DNA from: an uncultured Gemmatimonadales bacterium
GTDB taxonomy: Bacteria > Gemmatimonadota > Gemmatimonadetes > Gemmatimonadales > GWC2-71-9
Assembly (NCBI GenBank): GCA_963798915.1
Contig: CAWCVB010000002.1
Location: 576,001 to 640,000 of the forward strand
Direction of reading: 5' to 3'
Length of the DNA stretch: 64,000 bases
The position numbers were made by a program, and so were the translations under genes. Position 1 is the stretch's first letter. The number at the start of each line of letters is the position of its first letter. Below, piece after piece: positions 1 to 10,374 of this stretch. The notes beneath the pieces were generated by a model. The model was not told where the DNA came from. It ran no database searches and worked only from the letters and a program-made list of their open reading frames with translations.

Positions 1-234
1 GGGCGCCGCTGTCGTGTCCGGAGGGGTGACTGGCGCCGGTGCAGCACTCGCCGCCGGCTGAGCTGCTGGCGCGTTCGCCTGGGCTCCGTCCTCCGAGTGC
101 GGCTGCTCGCCGACTACGCCGCTCTCGAACAGCTGGCGCCAGGCCGGCGCCACCGACGCCGGATCGCGGAGAAAATCTTCATAAATGGATTGGGCAAAGC
201 CGGCGTTGGCGGTTTCGAAGACATTCGGATCCAC
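1..234 (-). CDS. sucA: 2-oxoglutarate dehydrogenase E1 N-terminus (partial, runs off window start; absent from ORF track)
   Basis: Manual translation from GTG at 234 (AGGAG RBS upstream): MDPNVFETANAGFAQSIYEDFLRDPASVAPAWRQLFE then an Ala/Pro linker; matches the SucA/Kgd N-terminal pattern NAxxxxxxYExxLxDPxSVxxxW. Confidence 0.85.
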   Translation of the reverse strand, partial: MDPNVFETANAGFAQSIYEDFLRDPASVAPAWRQLFESGVVGEQPHSEDGAQANAPAAQPAASAAPAPVTPPDTTAAP

Positions 235-354
235 AACTGCTCCTGCACCCCGAAAGGGGACGAGTCGAGACGGAAATCCAACGAAGCGAGGAAGATAACG
301 TCTCTTGCCGAGGCTTGCTCCGGGCGCCAAGATTGAGCACCCCTGACCGGCGCC

Positions 355-1464
355 ATGCCCATGAGATCGCTCCGATTGATGCACGCCACGCTACTGCTGG
401 CGCTCTGCTCGATGAGTTGTGGGCGGCACGAACCGCCTCCCTCCATCGGTCTCGCCTATCCTCCTCATTTCCGCAACATCGAGGCGGCCAGCCTGGCCGT
501 GGTTGACCTCGAGGCTCTGACCGGCGGCCCGCCGGTTCGCCTCGTGCTCGACTCAAGCCTGGTGACGGACAGTGCCCCGGTTGACGTGCGGCGCGCCGAG
601 TCCCTGGTGGCGCGGCCCAACGTCATGGCCGTGGTCGGCCCCGGGAACAGCCGTGGAGCGCTGGCTGCGGCACCGGTGTACAACGCTGCCGGCGTCACCC
701 AGCTGAACCCCCAGGCCACCAGTCGTCTGCTGAGCCGGCTCGGCGGCCGGACGCTGCTCATGCTGCCCAACGATTCGATCGAAGGGGCATTCATTGCCCG
801 GTTCCTGGCCGAATCACTCGCAGCACGGCGAGTCAGCATCTTTTTCACCAACGACGAATACGGCGTGGGACTTCGTGAAGGGGTGGAGGCGGCGCTCGCG
901 ACCCGACGGATCAGTGTGGTGGACAAGGTACCGTTCAGCCCGCAAGGCGAGTTCGCGGTGCTCGTGCGTTCCAGTCTCCAGCGGGCCCGGCCGGATGTCG
1001 TTGTCGTGGCTGGCCGCGTCGGCTCCGCGATGCAGATCGCGCAGCTGGTGCACGATCTTGCTCCGGGCACCGAGGTGGTCGCGGGGGACGGCGCCATGCT
1101 GCCGGTCCAGCTCGGAGCGCTGGCGGAGGCGGTGCTCGCGGACCTGCATGTCGTTTCGTATTGGTTGCCGGCCCCCGACGACGCGGCAGCGGCCCGGTTT
1201 TCCCGCCGATTCCGCGCGCTGGTCGGGCGGGAGCCGGAGCCCGCCGATGCCTACGCGTATGATGCCATCATGGTCGCGGCCGCTGCGATCCGGGCCGCCG
1301 GCGCGGATCGGGACGACGTGTGGGAGTGGCTCTCCTCGCTGGGCGGCTCCCGGCCGCCGTATCCGGGCGTGACCGGGCCCATTGCCTTCAAGGAGCCGCC
1401 GCTCTCCCACATGGTGATGGCGCGCATTCATGGCGGCCGTGCCGAGGCAGAATGGCCCCGATGA
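355..1464 (+). CDS. LivJ/K-like (type 1 periplasmic) solute-binding protein, probable lipoprotein
   Basis: Signal peptide with Cys; motifs VMAVVGPGNS, NDEYGVGL, AYAYDA, YPGVTGPIAF. Confidence 0.85.
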   Translation: MPMRSLRLMHATLLLALCSMSCGRHEPPPSIGLAYPPHFRNIEAASLAVVDLEALTGGPPVRLVLDSSLVTDSAPVDVRRAESLVARPNVMAVVGPGNSRGALAAAPVYNAAGVTQLNPQATSRLLSRLGGRTLLMLPNDSIEGAFIARFLAESLAARRVSIFFTNDEYGVGLREGVEAALATRRISVVDKVPFSPQGEFAVLVRSSLQRARPDVVVVAGRVGSAMQIAQLVHDLAPGTEVVAGDGAMLPVQLGALAEAVLADLHVVSYWLPAPDDAAAARFSRRFRALVGREPEPADAYAYDAIMVAAAAIRAAGADRDDVWEWLSSLGGSRPPYPGVTGPIAFKEPPLSHMVMARIHGGRAEAEWPR

Positions 1465-3335
1465 CGGAGCCGACCCGCGCCAGCGTCAGCCTCAGGACGC
1501 TGAGCCTGATGGCCGTCACATGCGTGGTGCTGTATGTCGTCGGGCTCACATTCTATATCGGAGCCACCGTGGCCCCGCGGGCGGACCGGCTTCGCGCGGA
1601 AACCGTGCCCATGCTCGAGCTTTTCGGCCAGATGGCCGAGCGTGCCGGTCGCACCGAGCAGCTCATGGTCGAGGCACGAGAGGGGATCCTCAGCCAGGAC
1701 AGCGCCGCACGCCTGCGGGTCCGGGCCGCGCTGGCCGCGCCCGCGGCCTCCTCGTCGCCGCTGCTGGAGCAGGCCCCGCTGGAGCTGCGCGAATTGCTGG
1801 CGCGCACCACGGTTCTTCAAGGCGAGATCGAAGCGCAGCTCAACGAGAGTCTGTCCGAGGCGGATCTGGGTAGCATCGCCGAGGCGGGCCATTCTCTGGC
1901 GGTGGCCGACTCACTGCATGCTGAAATGGGTCTGACAGTCGTGGAGTCGGAGCGGGTCGGGCTTGCCGCCCTGTCGCGGCGGGAGTCACAGCTCAGCGAA
2001 GCCCTGCGGCAGGCGGTGCGCATCATGATCGCGTGGATGGTAGCCGGTGTGCTCCTGTTGCTTGTGCTGGTCATCGCGGTCCATCGACGAGTCCAGCGGC
2101 CGCTTCGCGAACTGGAAGCCGGACTCGATGCGGTGGCCGCGGGCCAGCTCAACACCAGCGTCCGCGTTCGGCGCAACGACGAGCTGGGGCAGCTTGCCTC
2201 GCACTTCAATGACATGACAGGCGTGCTGCGTGCACGCGCGGCGGAGCAGGGGCGTTTCGCCGCGGCGGGCGAGCTGATCGCAGGCGTAGCGCATGAGGTC
2301 AATAATCCGCTCATGGCCATTGCCGCGCTGGCGGATACCCGCCTGGAGGACCCATCGCTGCCGCACGAGCTGCGCGCGGAGCTGGGGCAGATCCGCCGTC
2401 AGGCGCGCCGCGCCGGCAAGCTGCTCTCCGGCCTGCTCCGGTTCGTGCGCGCGCGGGAGCCGCTCACCGCCACGGTGTCAGTCAACGACGTCGTGGCGAG
2501 TGCAGTGGACCTCGTGTCCTATCGGTTTGGCGTTGAGGAGATCTCGTTCGAGCTGCAACTCGATGAGCAGCTCCCGCCGACGCGCGGTGCGGCTGTCCGG
2601 CTCGAGCAGGTGGTGGTCAACCTGCTCAGCAACGCGCTGGATTCGCTGGCCCAGGTGCCGCCACCGCGCTTCCTCTCGGTTGCCACCTGGCGGGCCGGTG
2701 ATCACGTCGTCATTGCCATGACGGACAAGGGAGTCGGGATTCCGGCCGAGATGCAGCGTCGCCTCTTTCACCCGTTTGCCACGACCAAGGGCGCGGGCGG
2801 CACGGGGCTCGGCCTCTACATCTCACGCGAAATACTCCGGGAACTGGGGGGTGATCTCCAGTACGAGCCGGTGGAGGCAGGGGCGCGGTTTGTCGCGACG
2901 CTGCCGCTCGCGCCGAGCGAGGCAGTCCCGGCGCCAGCGACGGCGCCCCAGCCGGCACGAGCGCCGAGGTCGCTCAACGGAGTGCGTGTGCTGCTCGTGG
3001 ACGATGAGGTGGTGGTGCGCTCGCCAATCGCGCGATTCCTTTCGCGCCGTGGCGCCACGGTGCTTGAAGCCTCAGACGGAGTGGAGGCCCTGGAGGTGCT
3101 GGACGAGGGCGAGGTAGATGCCATCATTGCCGACCTGCGGATGCCACGGATGGACGGCGCCGCGTTGTGCGCCGAACTCGCGCAGCATCGCCCCGATCAC
3201 CTTGCTCGCGTCGTACTCCTGTCAGGCGACCTCAGCCAGCTCCAGGGCGCGCTGCCGGTCCCCGCCGACCGGGTGCTGGCCAAGCCGGTCGAGCTGGTCG
3301 AGATCGAGGCGGCGGTGCGGCGGGTGATTGGCTAG
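1461..3335 (+). CDS. Hybrid sensor histidine kinase (2 TM, HAMP, HisKA, HATPase, receiver)
   Basis: ATGA overlap with upstream stop; HAMP (RRNDELGQLASHFNDM), H-box AHEVNNPL, NLLSNA, GTGLGL, receiver LLVDDE/ADLRMPRMDG/KP. Confidence 0.9.
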   Translation: MTEPTRASVSLRTLSLMAVTCVVLYVVGLTFYIGATVAPRADRLRAETVPMLELFGQMAERAGRTEQLMVEAREGILSQDSAARLRVRAALAAPAASSSPLLEQAPLELRELLARTTVLQGEIEAQLNESLSEADLGSIAEAGHSLAVADSLHAEMGLTVVESERVGLAALSRRESQLSEALRQAVRIMIAWMVAGVLLLLVLVIAVHRRVQRPLRELEAGLDAVAAGQLNTSVRVRRNDELGQLASHFNDMTGVLRARAAEQGRFAAAGELIAGVAHEVNNPLMAIAALADTRLEDPSLPHELRAELGQIRRQARRAGKLLSGLLRFVRAREPLTATVSVNDVVASAVDLVSYRFGVEEISFELQLDEQLPPTRGAAVRLEQVVVNLLSNALDSLAQVPPPRFLSVATWRAGDHVVIAMTDKGVGIPAEMQRRLFHPFATTKGAGGTGLGLYISREILRELGGDLQYEPVEAGARFVATLPLAPSEAVPAPATAPQPARAPRSLNGVRVLLVDDEVVVRSPIARFLSRRGATVLEASDGVEALEVLDEGEVDAIIADLRMPRMDGAALCAELAQHRPDHLARVVLLSGDLSQLQGALPVPADRVLAKPVELVEIEAAVRRVIG

Positions 3336-3364
3336 CTCCTTCCATCCCGCCTTCCCGCCTTCCC

Positions 3365-4966
3365 TCACCTCCACTTCTCCGCCCGCGCCACATACTGCCG
3401 GTAGCGGGCCACCTCGGCGCGCCGCCGCTCCACGCTCCATCCCAGCTCACCGGCCATCAGTTCGGCGACCCGCTCCGTTGCGCGAAGCCCGTGGTCGCGG
3501 GTTTCGAAGTAGAGGTGCAGCCGCCGCACCATGACGTCCTCCACGGTGAGCGCCATTTCCCGGCGCACCGCGTGCAGCACTTCAGCCTCGATCGCCGGGT
3601 GGGCCGGATGAAGCCGGTCGAACAGCGCCCGATGCTTGAGGCCCAGATTGTGGATGCCGGCGCATTCCGTGCCATAGCGATCCACCAGGCGGTCGCTGAC
3701 CACGGCCGGCAGACCGAGGGGGGCGCCGCGGGCACGGAACGGTTCAAGATCAGCGGCATTGCCGCCGGGGAGCGGGATGACGTCGGTCGGAGGACGGGGC
3801 GCCTTCCGGCCGAGGCGCCGGCCGACAAGGTCCACTGTCTCAGCCGCCATCGCGCGGTAGGTGGTGAGCTTGCCACCTGCGATGGTGATCATGCCCAGCC
3901 GTCCTTCCACCAAGGCATGCTCCCTGGACACCGCCGATGGTGAGCGGCCGCCGTCCTGCGCGAGCAAGGGCCGCAGTCCGGCCCAGGTGGCGCGCACGTC
4001 TTCCTCGGTCAGCCGCGCGGCAGGAAAGAGAGCGTTGGCCGAGCGGAGCAGATACACCACGTCATCCCGGGTGGTGGCCACCGCCGCGGGATCGCCGTCA
4101 TAGTCGGTGTCGGTGGTCCCGATGTAGGTCAGGTCGTTCCATGGCAGGATGAACATGACGCGCCCGTCGATCGGACTGAGGAAGGTGATGGCGTGGCGAT
4201 GTCCGATGCGCTCGCGGGGCACCAGGACATGGCTGCCCCGGGTGAGCCGGAGCAGCGGCTGCGCGGTCGAGTCTTCGAGCCGGCGTACCTGATCGCTCCA
4301 CGGACCGGTGGCGTTGACCACCACCGCTGCCCGCACATCGGTCTGGTCGCCGCTCAGCTCATCCTGCAGCGCGGCACCGACGATGCGCCCGCCCTCCTTC
4401 GTCAACTCGGTTATTCCAGTATGGGTCAGCACGGTCGCGCCATGGTCCACCGCTGAGCGCGCCGTCGCAATGACGAGGCGGGCATCATCGCACTGCGCGT
4501 CACCGTAGAGCGCGCCGCCCGTCAGCCCTCGCTCGCGCATCAGCGGCTCTCGTTCCAGGATACCGCGCTTGCCGAGGATCCGGGGCCGTCGCACATTGCG
4601 GAATCCGGCAAGCACCTCATAGGCAGCGAGACCAGCGCCGAGCTTCCAGCGGGGCACCCGATCGCCCTCGTGGAGGGGAAAGACGAAGGGAATGGACCGC
4701 ACCAGGTGCGGCGCGATGTGGAGCAGGATGGCGCGTTCCCGCAGTGCCTCGCGCACCAGCCCGATGTTGCCCTGCTCGAGGTAACGGAGTCCGCCATGGA
4801 TGAGCCGGCTCGAGCGCGAGCTGGTGCCTTCCGCCAGGTCCCGCTGTTCCACCAGCAGGGTGCGGAAGCCGCGCATTGCCGCGTCGCGCGCGATGCCGGC
4901 GCCGGTGATGCCACCGCCGATCACCAGTACGTCGAAGGCTGTGCCGTCGAGGTCGCTCAGGTTCAA
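3365..4966 (-). CDS. glpD: FAD-dependent glycerol-3-phosphate dehydrogenase
   Basis: IGGGITGAG, GTSSRSSRLIHGGLRYLE, GGKLTTYR. Confidence 0.93.
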   Translation of the reverse strand: MNLSDLDGTAFDVLVIGGGITGAGIARDAAMRGFRTLLVEQRDLAEGTSSRSSRLIHGGLRYLEQGNIGLVREALRERAILLHIAPHLVRSIPFVFPLHEGDRVPRWKLGAGLAAYEVLAGFRNVRRPRILGKRGILEREPLMRERGLTGGALYGDAQCDDARLVIATARSAVDHGATVLTHTGITELTKEGGRIVGAALQDELSGDQTDVRAAVVVNATGPWSDQVRRLEDSTAQPLLRLTRGSHVLVPRERIGHRHAITFLSPIDGRVMFILPWNDLTYIGTTDTDYDGDPAAVATTRDDVVYLLRSANALFPAARLTEEDVRATWAGLRPLLAQDGGRSPSAVSREHALVEGRLGMITIAGGKLTTYRAMAAETVDLVGRRLGRKAPRPPTDVIPLPGGNAADLEPFRARGAPLGLPAVVSDRLVDRYGTECAGIHNLGLKHRALFDRLHPAHPAIEAEVLHAVRREMALTVEDVMVRRLHLYFETRDHGLRATERVAELMAGELGWSVERRRAEVARYRQYVARAEKWR

Positions 4967-5012
4967 TTAACTTGCTCCGGCCCGCATGATCATGGAGTCA
5001 GGATAATCGCAG

Positions 5013-6299
5013 ATGCCAGGATTGCGCCGAGTTGCCATCATCGCCGGTCTCCGCACCCCGTTCGCCAAGGCGAACGGCGTGCTCAAGGAGGCACGGGGCG
5101 TCGACCTGGCCCGGCACGTGGCTCGCGAACTGCTCTATCGGACCGAACTCGAGGGGCATCTCGTTGATGAAGTGATCTGGGGACAAGTGATTCCGTCACC
5201 GCTTGTGCCCAATGTGGCCCGGGAGGTCAGCCTCCTGCCGCAGTTTCCGCCTTCCGTGCCGGCGTACACCCTCAATCGAGCCTGCGCCTCCGGCGCCCAG
5301 GCCGTGCAGAATGCCGCTGACCAGATCGCCCAGGGCCACGCCGATGTGATCCTGGCCGGCGGCGTCGAGTCGCTGAGCGACATCCCGATTCTTCACTCCC
5401 GCCGGATGAGCGGCTTGCTGGTGGAAGCCGGCAGGGCCCGCTCGCTGGGTGCCCGGCTCAAGGTGTTCAGCCGGATTCGCCCACGCGACCTCGTGCCAAG
5501 GTCCCCGGCCATTGCCGAGCCGTCCACCGGCGAGTCGATGGGGCAGAGCGCCGAGAAGATGGCCAAGGAGAATCATATCAGCAGAGAGGCGCAGGATCGC
5601 CTCGCGCTGATGAGCCACCAGCGGGCGGCGGCGGCCACGGCCGATGGGCGGATGACGTCCGAGATCGTGCCCTGGTTTGGCGGCAGGGAAATGGATCAGC
5701 CGGTGACCAGCGACACGGGTATCCGCAGCGACACATCGCTCGAGAAGCTCGCGACCCTCAAGCCGGTCTTCGACCGGCGCTACGGTACCGTTACCGCGGG
5801 CAACTCATCCCCGCTGACAGACGGCGCCGCGTGTGTGCTCCTCATGGCGGAAGAGCGCGCGCTTGCGCTCGGCTATCAACCGCTGGCGTTCATCCGAAGC
5901 TACGCGGTCGCGGCGGTGGACCCCGGCTGGCAACTCCTGATGGGCCCGGCGCTCGCCGTCCCGCGCGCCCTGGCGCGGGCGAGCCTCAGCTGGAACGATA
6001 TCGGAGTGCTGGAGATTCATGAGGCGTTCGCGGCCCAGGTGCTCTCGAATGAACAGGCATGGGGATCGGCGGAGTGGGCCAGCCGCCTTGGTCTTTCAGC
6101 GCCGGTGGGCCAGGTGGACTGGGACCGCACCAACCTGATGGGCGGGTCGATCGCGGTTGGCCACCCCTTTGCCGCCACCGGGTGCCGGCTCGTCACGTCC
6201 CTCGCCCACGAAATGCGCCGCCGCGAGGCCCAGTTCGGCCTGCTCTCCATTTGCGCGCAAGGCGGCATGGGATACGCCATGGTGCTCGAACATGCCTGA
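5013..6299 (+). CDS. fadI: 3-ketoacyl-CoA thiolase
   Basis: NRACASG, EIHEAFAAQ, GGSIAVGHPFAATG, CAQGGMG; coupled to fadJ. Confidence 0.9.
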   Translation: MPGLRRVAIIAGLRTPFAKANGVLKEARGVDLARHVARELLYRTELEGHLVDEVIWGQVIPSPLVPNVAREVSLLPQFPPSVPAYTLNRACASGAQAVQNAADQIAQGHADVILAGGVESLSDIPILHSRRMSGLLVEAGRARSLGARLKVFSRIRPRDLVPRSPAIAEPSTGESMGQSAEKMAKENHISREAQDRLALMSHQRAAAATADGRMTSEIVPWFGGREMDQPVTSDTGIRSDTSLEKLATLKPVFDRRYGTVTAGNSSPLTDGAACVLLMAEERALALGYQPLAFIRSYAVAAVDPGWQLLMGPALAVPRALARASLSWNDIGVLEIHEAFAAQVLSNEQAWGSAEWASRLGLSAPVGQVDWDRTNLMGGSIAVGHPFAATGCRLVTSLAHEMRRREAQFGLLSICAQGGMGYAMVLEHA

Positions 6300-8427
6300 C
6301 GGCGGCGCCTTTCGCGTCAGTACGGAGAGCGGCATTGCCGTGGTGACGTTCGATCTGCCCGGCGCGCCGGTCAACACGCTCAGCGCCGCCGTGGGAGACG
6401 AGCTCAGCTCGCTGCTCGAGCGGCTGCAGCGTGATGCCGATGTCCGCGCGATCGTGCTCCTGTCCGGCAAGCCCGACAATTTCATTGCAGGTGCCGACAT
6501 CGACGAGTTCGCGAAGCTGAGCACGGCGGAGGCCGCGACGGCGCTGAGCCGGGGTGCGCAGCTCCTGATGAACCGCATCGCGGATTCGGCCAAGCCGGTC
6601 GTCGCCGGCATTCACGGTGCCTGCCTCGGTGGCGGCTTCGAGCTGGCGCTGGCCTGTCACTGGCGGGTCGCGACCGACCATCCCAAGACTCTGATCGGAC
6701 TCCCGGAAATTCAGCTCGGCATCGTTCCGGGCGCCGGCGGCACTCAGCGGCTGCCCCGGCTCGTGGGTGCGCGCTCGGCGCTCGACATGATCCTGGCGGG
6801 AAAGAGCGAGCCGGCGGCGCGCGCCTATCGTCTGGGCATGGTGGATGAACTGGTGCCGCCCAGCATTCTGGCGGACGTGACGATGCGCGCGGCCGATCGA
6901 CTGGTGACTCTCGGCCCGCGCCGACGTGCGCGCCGCGGCGGAATGGCTGGACTGCTGCTCGACCGCAATCCGATCGGCCGTGCGGTGGTCTACGCCAGTG
7001 CCCGCAAGAAGGTGCTCCGGAAGACTGCCGGGCACTATCCCGCGCCGCTTGCCGCGCTCGACGTGGTCCGTACCGGCCTTGAGCGGGGTATGGGCGCGGG
7101 GCTGCGGGCCGAACACGAGTCGTTCGGCAAGCTGGCCGTCACCGACGTGTCACACCGGCTGGTGGACATCTTCTTCGCGACCACCGCGCTCAAGAAGGAC
7201 GATGGGGTCCCACGCGGCAGTGTCGGTGAGGTAGCCCCGGTTCGGCGTATTGCGGTGGTCGGCGCCGGCTTCATGGGTGCGGCCATCGCGGGCACGGCGG
7301 TGGTTCGAGCCCGGGTCGAGGCGCGGCTCAAGGATGCCGACCTGGTGCGCGTGGGGCGCGGGATGCGCGGAGCGCTTCGCGTGCTCGACGAGCGGCTTCG
7401 GCGGCACCGGATCAGCCGACCCGAGCACGACCGTCTGGCGAGCCTCGTCTCCGGCGCCGCCGACTTCAGCGGTTTCCATCGAGCGGATCTGGTCATTGAA
7501 GCGGTTTTCGAGGATCTTGACGTCAAGCGAGCCGTGCTGGCGGACGTCGAAACCGTCGTCACGCCCGACACCATCTTCGCGTCCAATACCTCCACCATTC
7601 CGATCGCCGACATCGCTCGCGGGTCTCAGCGGCCAGCGAACGTGCTCGGCATGCACTTCTTCTCGCCAGTGGAGAAGATGCCGCTGCTCGAGGTGATCCC
7701 GCACGCCGGGACGGCGCCCGAGTGCATCGTTCGGGCCGTGCGATTCGGGCGGAAGATGGGCAAGACGGTGATCGTGGTGGGGGATCATCCGGGGTTCTGG
7801 GTCAACCGGATCCTGCTGCCCTACCTCAATGAGGCGGGATTGCTGCTCGAAGAAGGCGTCCCGATCGACCTGGTGGATCGGACCATGACGCGCTTCGGCT
7901 TTCCGGTCGGGCCCGTGACCCTGCTGGACGAGGTGGGCCTCGACGTGGCGATCAAGGCCGGCGCCGTAATGCACCAGCAATTCGGATCGCGACTCGAGCC
8001 GGCCGGCCTGCTGCAACGCATGGTGCAGGAGGGACGCCTCGGGCGGAAGAATGGGAAGGGCTTCTACCGTTACGCGGACGGAAAGAAGCAGGGCGTTGAC
8101 GAAAACGTATACAAGACGCTCGGCATCGTACCGAGGGATGACACCGCGCCGACGATGGTCCAGCAGCGGCTGGTCTACGCCATGCTGAATGAGGCCGCCA
8201 TGGCCGCGGACGAGGGAGTGGTGCGCTCGCCACGTGATGGTGACATCGGGGCAGTCTTCGGAATTGGCTTCCCCGCATTCCGCGGCGGCCCCCTGCGCAT
8301 GGTCGATGACCTGGGAGCGCGACGTGTCGTGCAGATGCTGCGCGCGCTCGAGGCCAGTCATGGCCCCCGCTTCCAGCCGGCCGGCTCCCTGGTGGCCCGG
8401 GCAGAGGAAGGGCGGAAGTTTTATTGA
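6292..8427 (+). CDS. fadJ: Fatty acid oxidation complex alpha subunit (enoyl-CoA hydratase / 3-hydroxyacyl-CoA dehydrogenase)
   Basis: FIAGADI, CLGGGFELALAC, GAGFMG, ASNTST, GMHFFSPVEKMPLLE; start taken at ATG 6292. Confidence 0.92.
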   Translation: MPDGGAFRVSTESGIAVVTFDLPGAPVNTLSAAVGDELSSLLERLQRDADVRAIVLLSGKPDNFIAGADIDEFAKLSTAEAATALSRGAQLLMNRIADSAKPVVAGIHGACLGGGFELALACHWRVATDHPKTLIGLPEIQLGIVPGAGGTQRLPRLVGARSALDMILAGKSEPAARAYRLGMVDELVPPSILADVTMRAADRLVTLGPRRRARRGGMAGLLLDRNPIGRAVVYASARKKVLRKTAGHYPAPLAALDVVRTGLERGMGAGLRAEHESFGKLAVTDVSHRLVDIFFATTALKKDDGVPRGSVGEVAPVRRIAVVGAGFMGAAIAGTAVVRARVEARLKDADLVRVGRGMRGALRVLDERLRRHRISRPEHDRLASLVSGAADFSGFHRADLVIEAVFEDLDVKRAVLADVETVVTPDTIFASNTSTIPIADIARGSQRPANVLGMHFFSPVEKMPLLEVIPHAGTAPECIVRAVRFGRKMGKTVIVVGDHPGFWVNRILLPYLNEAGLLLEEGVPIDLVDRTMTRFGFPVGPVTLLDEVGLDVAIKAGAVMHQQFGSRLEPAGLLQRMVQEGRLGRKNGKGFYRYADGKKQGVDENVYKTLGIVPRDDTAPTMVQQRLVYAMLNEAAMAADEGVVRSPRDGDIGAVFGIGFPAFRGGPLRMVDDLGARRVVQMLRALEASHGPRFQPAGSLVARAEEGRKFY

Positions 8428-8524
8428 AGTGGGAAGTGGGAAGTGGGAAGTGGGAGGACGGGAAGACGGGAAGACCGTAATCCCATTCCTCCAGATCTTC
8501 CCACTTCCCACTTCCCACTTCCCC
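8426..8524. repeat. Inverted pair of GGGAAGT heptamer arrays between convergent fadJ and nagB (hairpin/terminator-like)
   Basis: (GGGAAGT)3GGG at 8431-8454 and its complement (CCCACTT)3CCC at 8500-8523, with GGGAAGAC x2 between. Confidence 0.9.
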
Positions 8525-8525
8525 T

Positions 8526-10374
8526 CTACCTCACCACATACGCCTCCACCGCGAAGTATTCCGCGAGTCCCAGCCGGTCCAGCAGCGCCGCCGTCTCCTT
8601 GTTGCGTGCTTCGACCCGTTGCCAGAACTCCCGTTCGTCGTAGGCGCCGGGAAATGGTGCCGAGTCTTTCTGTGACTGGTGCTTGAAGATCGCCTGGATC
8701 TTGAGTCGCAACTCCTCCTGCGACATCGTGACCAGCCAGGTGGCGTCGGTGACCGGCCATTCCTGCCAGGCGCCGCGATAGAGCCAAAGTCGGAGGCCGC
8801 GTCGTGGCACTGCCCGGATGCAGCTCGTCCAGCGCTCGCGTCACCGTCTCGAGGCACATCCGGTGCGTGCCATGCGGATCGCTCAGGTCGCCGGCTGCGA
8901 AGATCAGGTCGGGCTGTTCTTCCTCGAGCAGCTGGCGCACGATCGCCACGTCGGCCGGGCCGATCGGGTCCTTGCGTACCCGGCCGGTCTGATAGAATGG
9001 CAGGTTGAGGAAGCGTGCATCCTTGCGGTCGAGCCCAAGGGTCTCGATGCCGCTGACGGCTTCCGACTCCCGGATCATCCGCTTGAGGTCCCGGATTTCC
9101 TCGAGGTCGACGTCACCAGGCTGCTTCCGGGCCAGAAACGCCCGCACCCGCTCCGCCAGCGCCAGCGCCGCGCCTGATTCGATCTTGCCGTCGTGTGCCA
9201 GCCGTTCCAGGAAGTCGAGATGGCGGCGCACATCGTGGTCGAAGACGGCGATGTTGCCGCTGGTCTGATAGGCCACCACGATCCGGTTGCCGTTGAGGAC
9301 CAGCTTGCGAAGCATGCCACCCATCGAAATCACGTCGTCGTCCGGATGGGGCGAGAAGCATACCACCTTCCGGCCCCGCGGGAGTTTCGAGCGGCCCCTG
9401 ATCCGTGCCCCAAGTGCATTGAACGCGAGCCCGTTGACGGCGCCGGCACTGCCCTGCTGTGCCATCAGGGACGCGAGGTGATGCTCGGTGTAATCGCCCG
9501 GCGTGAGCTTGAGGATTGCCTTGCCAGCCCGCTGGGCCAGCCACACGACGGCACGCACCGCCATCTCCGTGGTCCAGTCCACCTCGTGCAGGAGCCAGGG
9601 CGTGGCGATGCGTGCAAGCTCGGCCGCTGCCGCCTGGTCAAGGTAGAATGTTGTCGCAGGATGACTCTGGAGGAATGTCGCGGCCACCTGGCGATCCTCA
9701 GGTCCCTCCACCGTGCGGCTGACAATGCCGGCCTTGTGCTCGCCGGTGGCGAGCAGGGCGATCTCGCGGGCTTCGAGGATCGTGGCCACGCCCATGGTGA
9801 TCGCCTGGTGCGGCACGTTGTCCTCGCCGAAGAAATCGGCGGCGGCGTCCTTTCGGGTGATGCTGTCGAGCGTGACGAGACGGGTCCGGCTCTCGAGCTC
9901 CGAGCCGGGTTCATTGAAGCCGATGTGGCCGGTCTTGCCAATGCCAAGCAACTGGAAATCGATCCCGCCCGCAGCGCGGATTGCCGCTTCATAGGCCTCG
10001 CACTCGGTGTTCACGCTCTCGCGCGAAAGATCGCCCCGGGGGATGTGAACCTGCGCCGGCGGAATGTCCACCTGCGAGAAGAAGTTCTCCCACATGAAGC
10101 GGTGGTAGGAGTGGATGCTGTCCGGTGCCATCGGGTAGTACTCGTCCAGATTGAACGTCACCACGTTCTGGAACGACAGGCCCTCATTGCGGTGAAGCCG
10201 GATCAGTTCCCGATAGACCCCGACCGGGGTGGAACCGGTCGCGAGCCCCAGCACCGTGGTGCGGCCCTGCCGGTCCCGGTTGACGATCAGCTCGGCGATG
10301 CGCTCGGCGACGGCTCGCGCCAGTGCCTCAGGCTCGTCGATGATCTCGATGGCGATGCGTTCCAAGGGAGTCAC
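8526..10374 (-). CDS. nagB: Glucosamine-6-phosphate deaminase fused to a PIG-L/LmbE-like domain; 1-nt frameshift near 8790-8796
   Basis: LGLATGSTP, FNLDEY, GHIGFNEP, then SPHPDDD and DPHGTH; C-terminus WLYRGAW..HQSQ lies in another frame (ORF 8526..8810); GTGA overlap start at 10374. Confidence 0.88.

Noticed and set aside
39..506. Plus-strand ORFs 39..506 and 97..336
   Set aside because: Shadow ORFs opposite the sucA N-terminus; no recognisable motifs.
7150..8525. 1092-aa NagB ORF extending antisense over fadJ
   Set aside because: Run-on caused by the frameshift near 8793; the real C-terminus ends at 8526.
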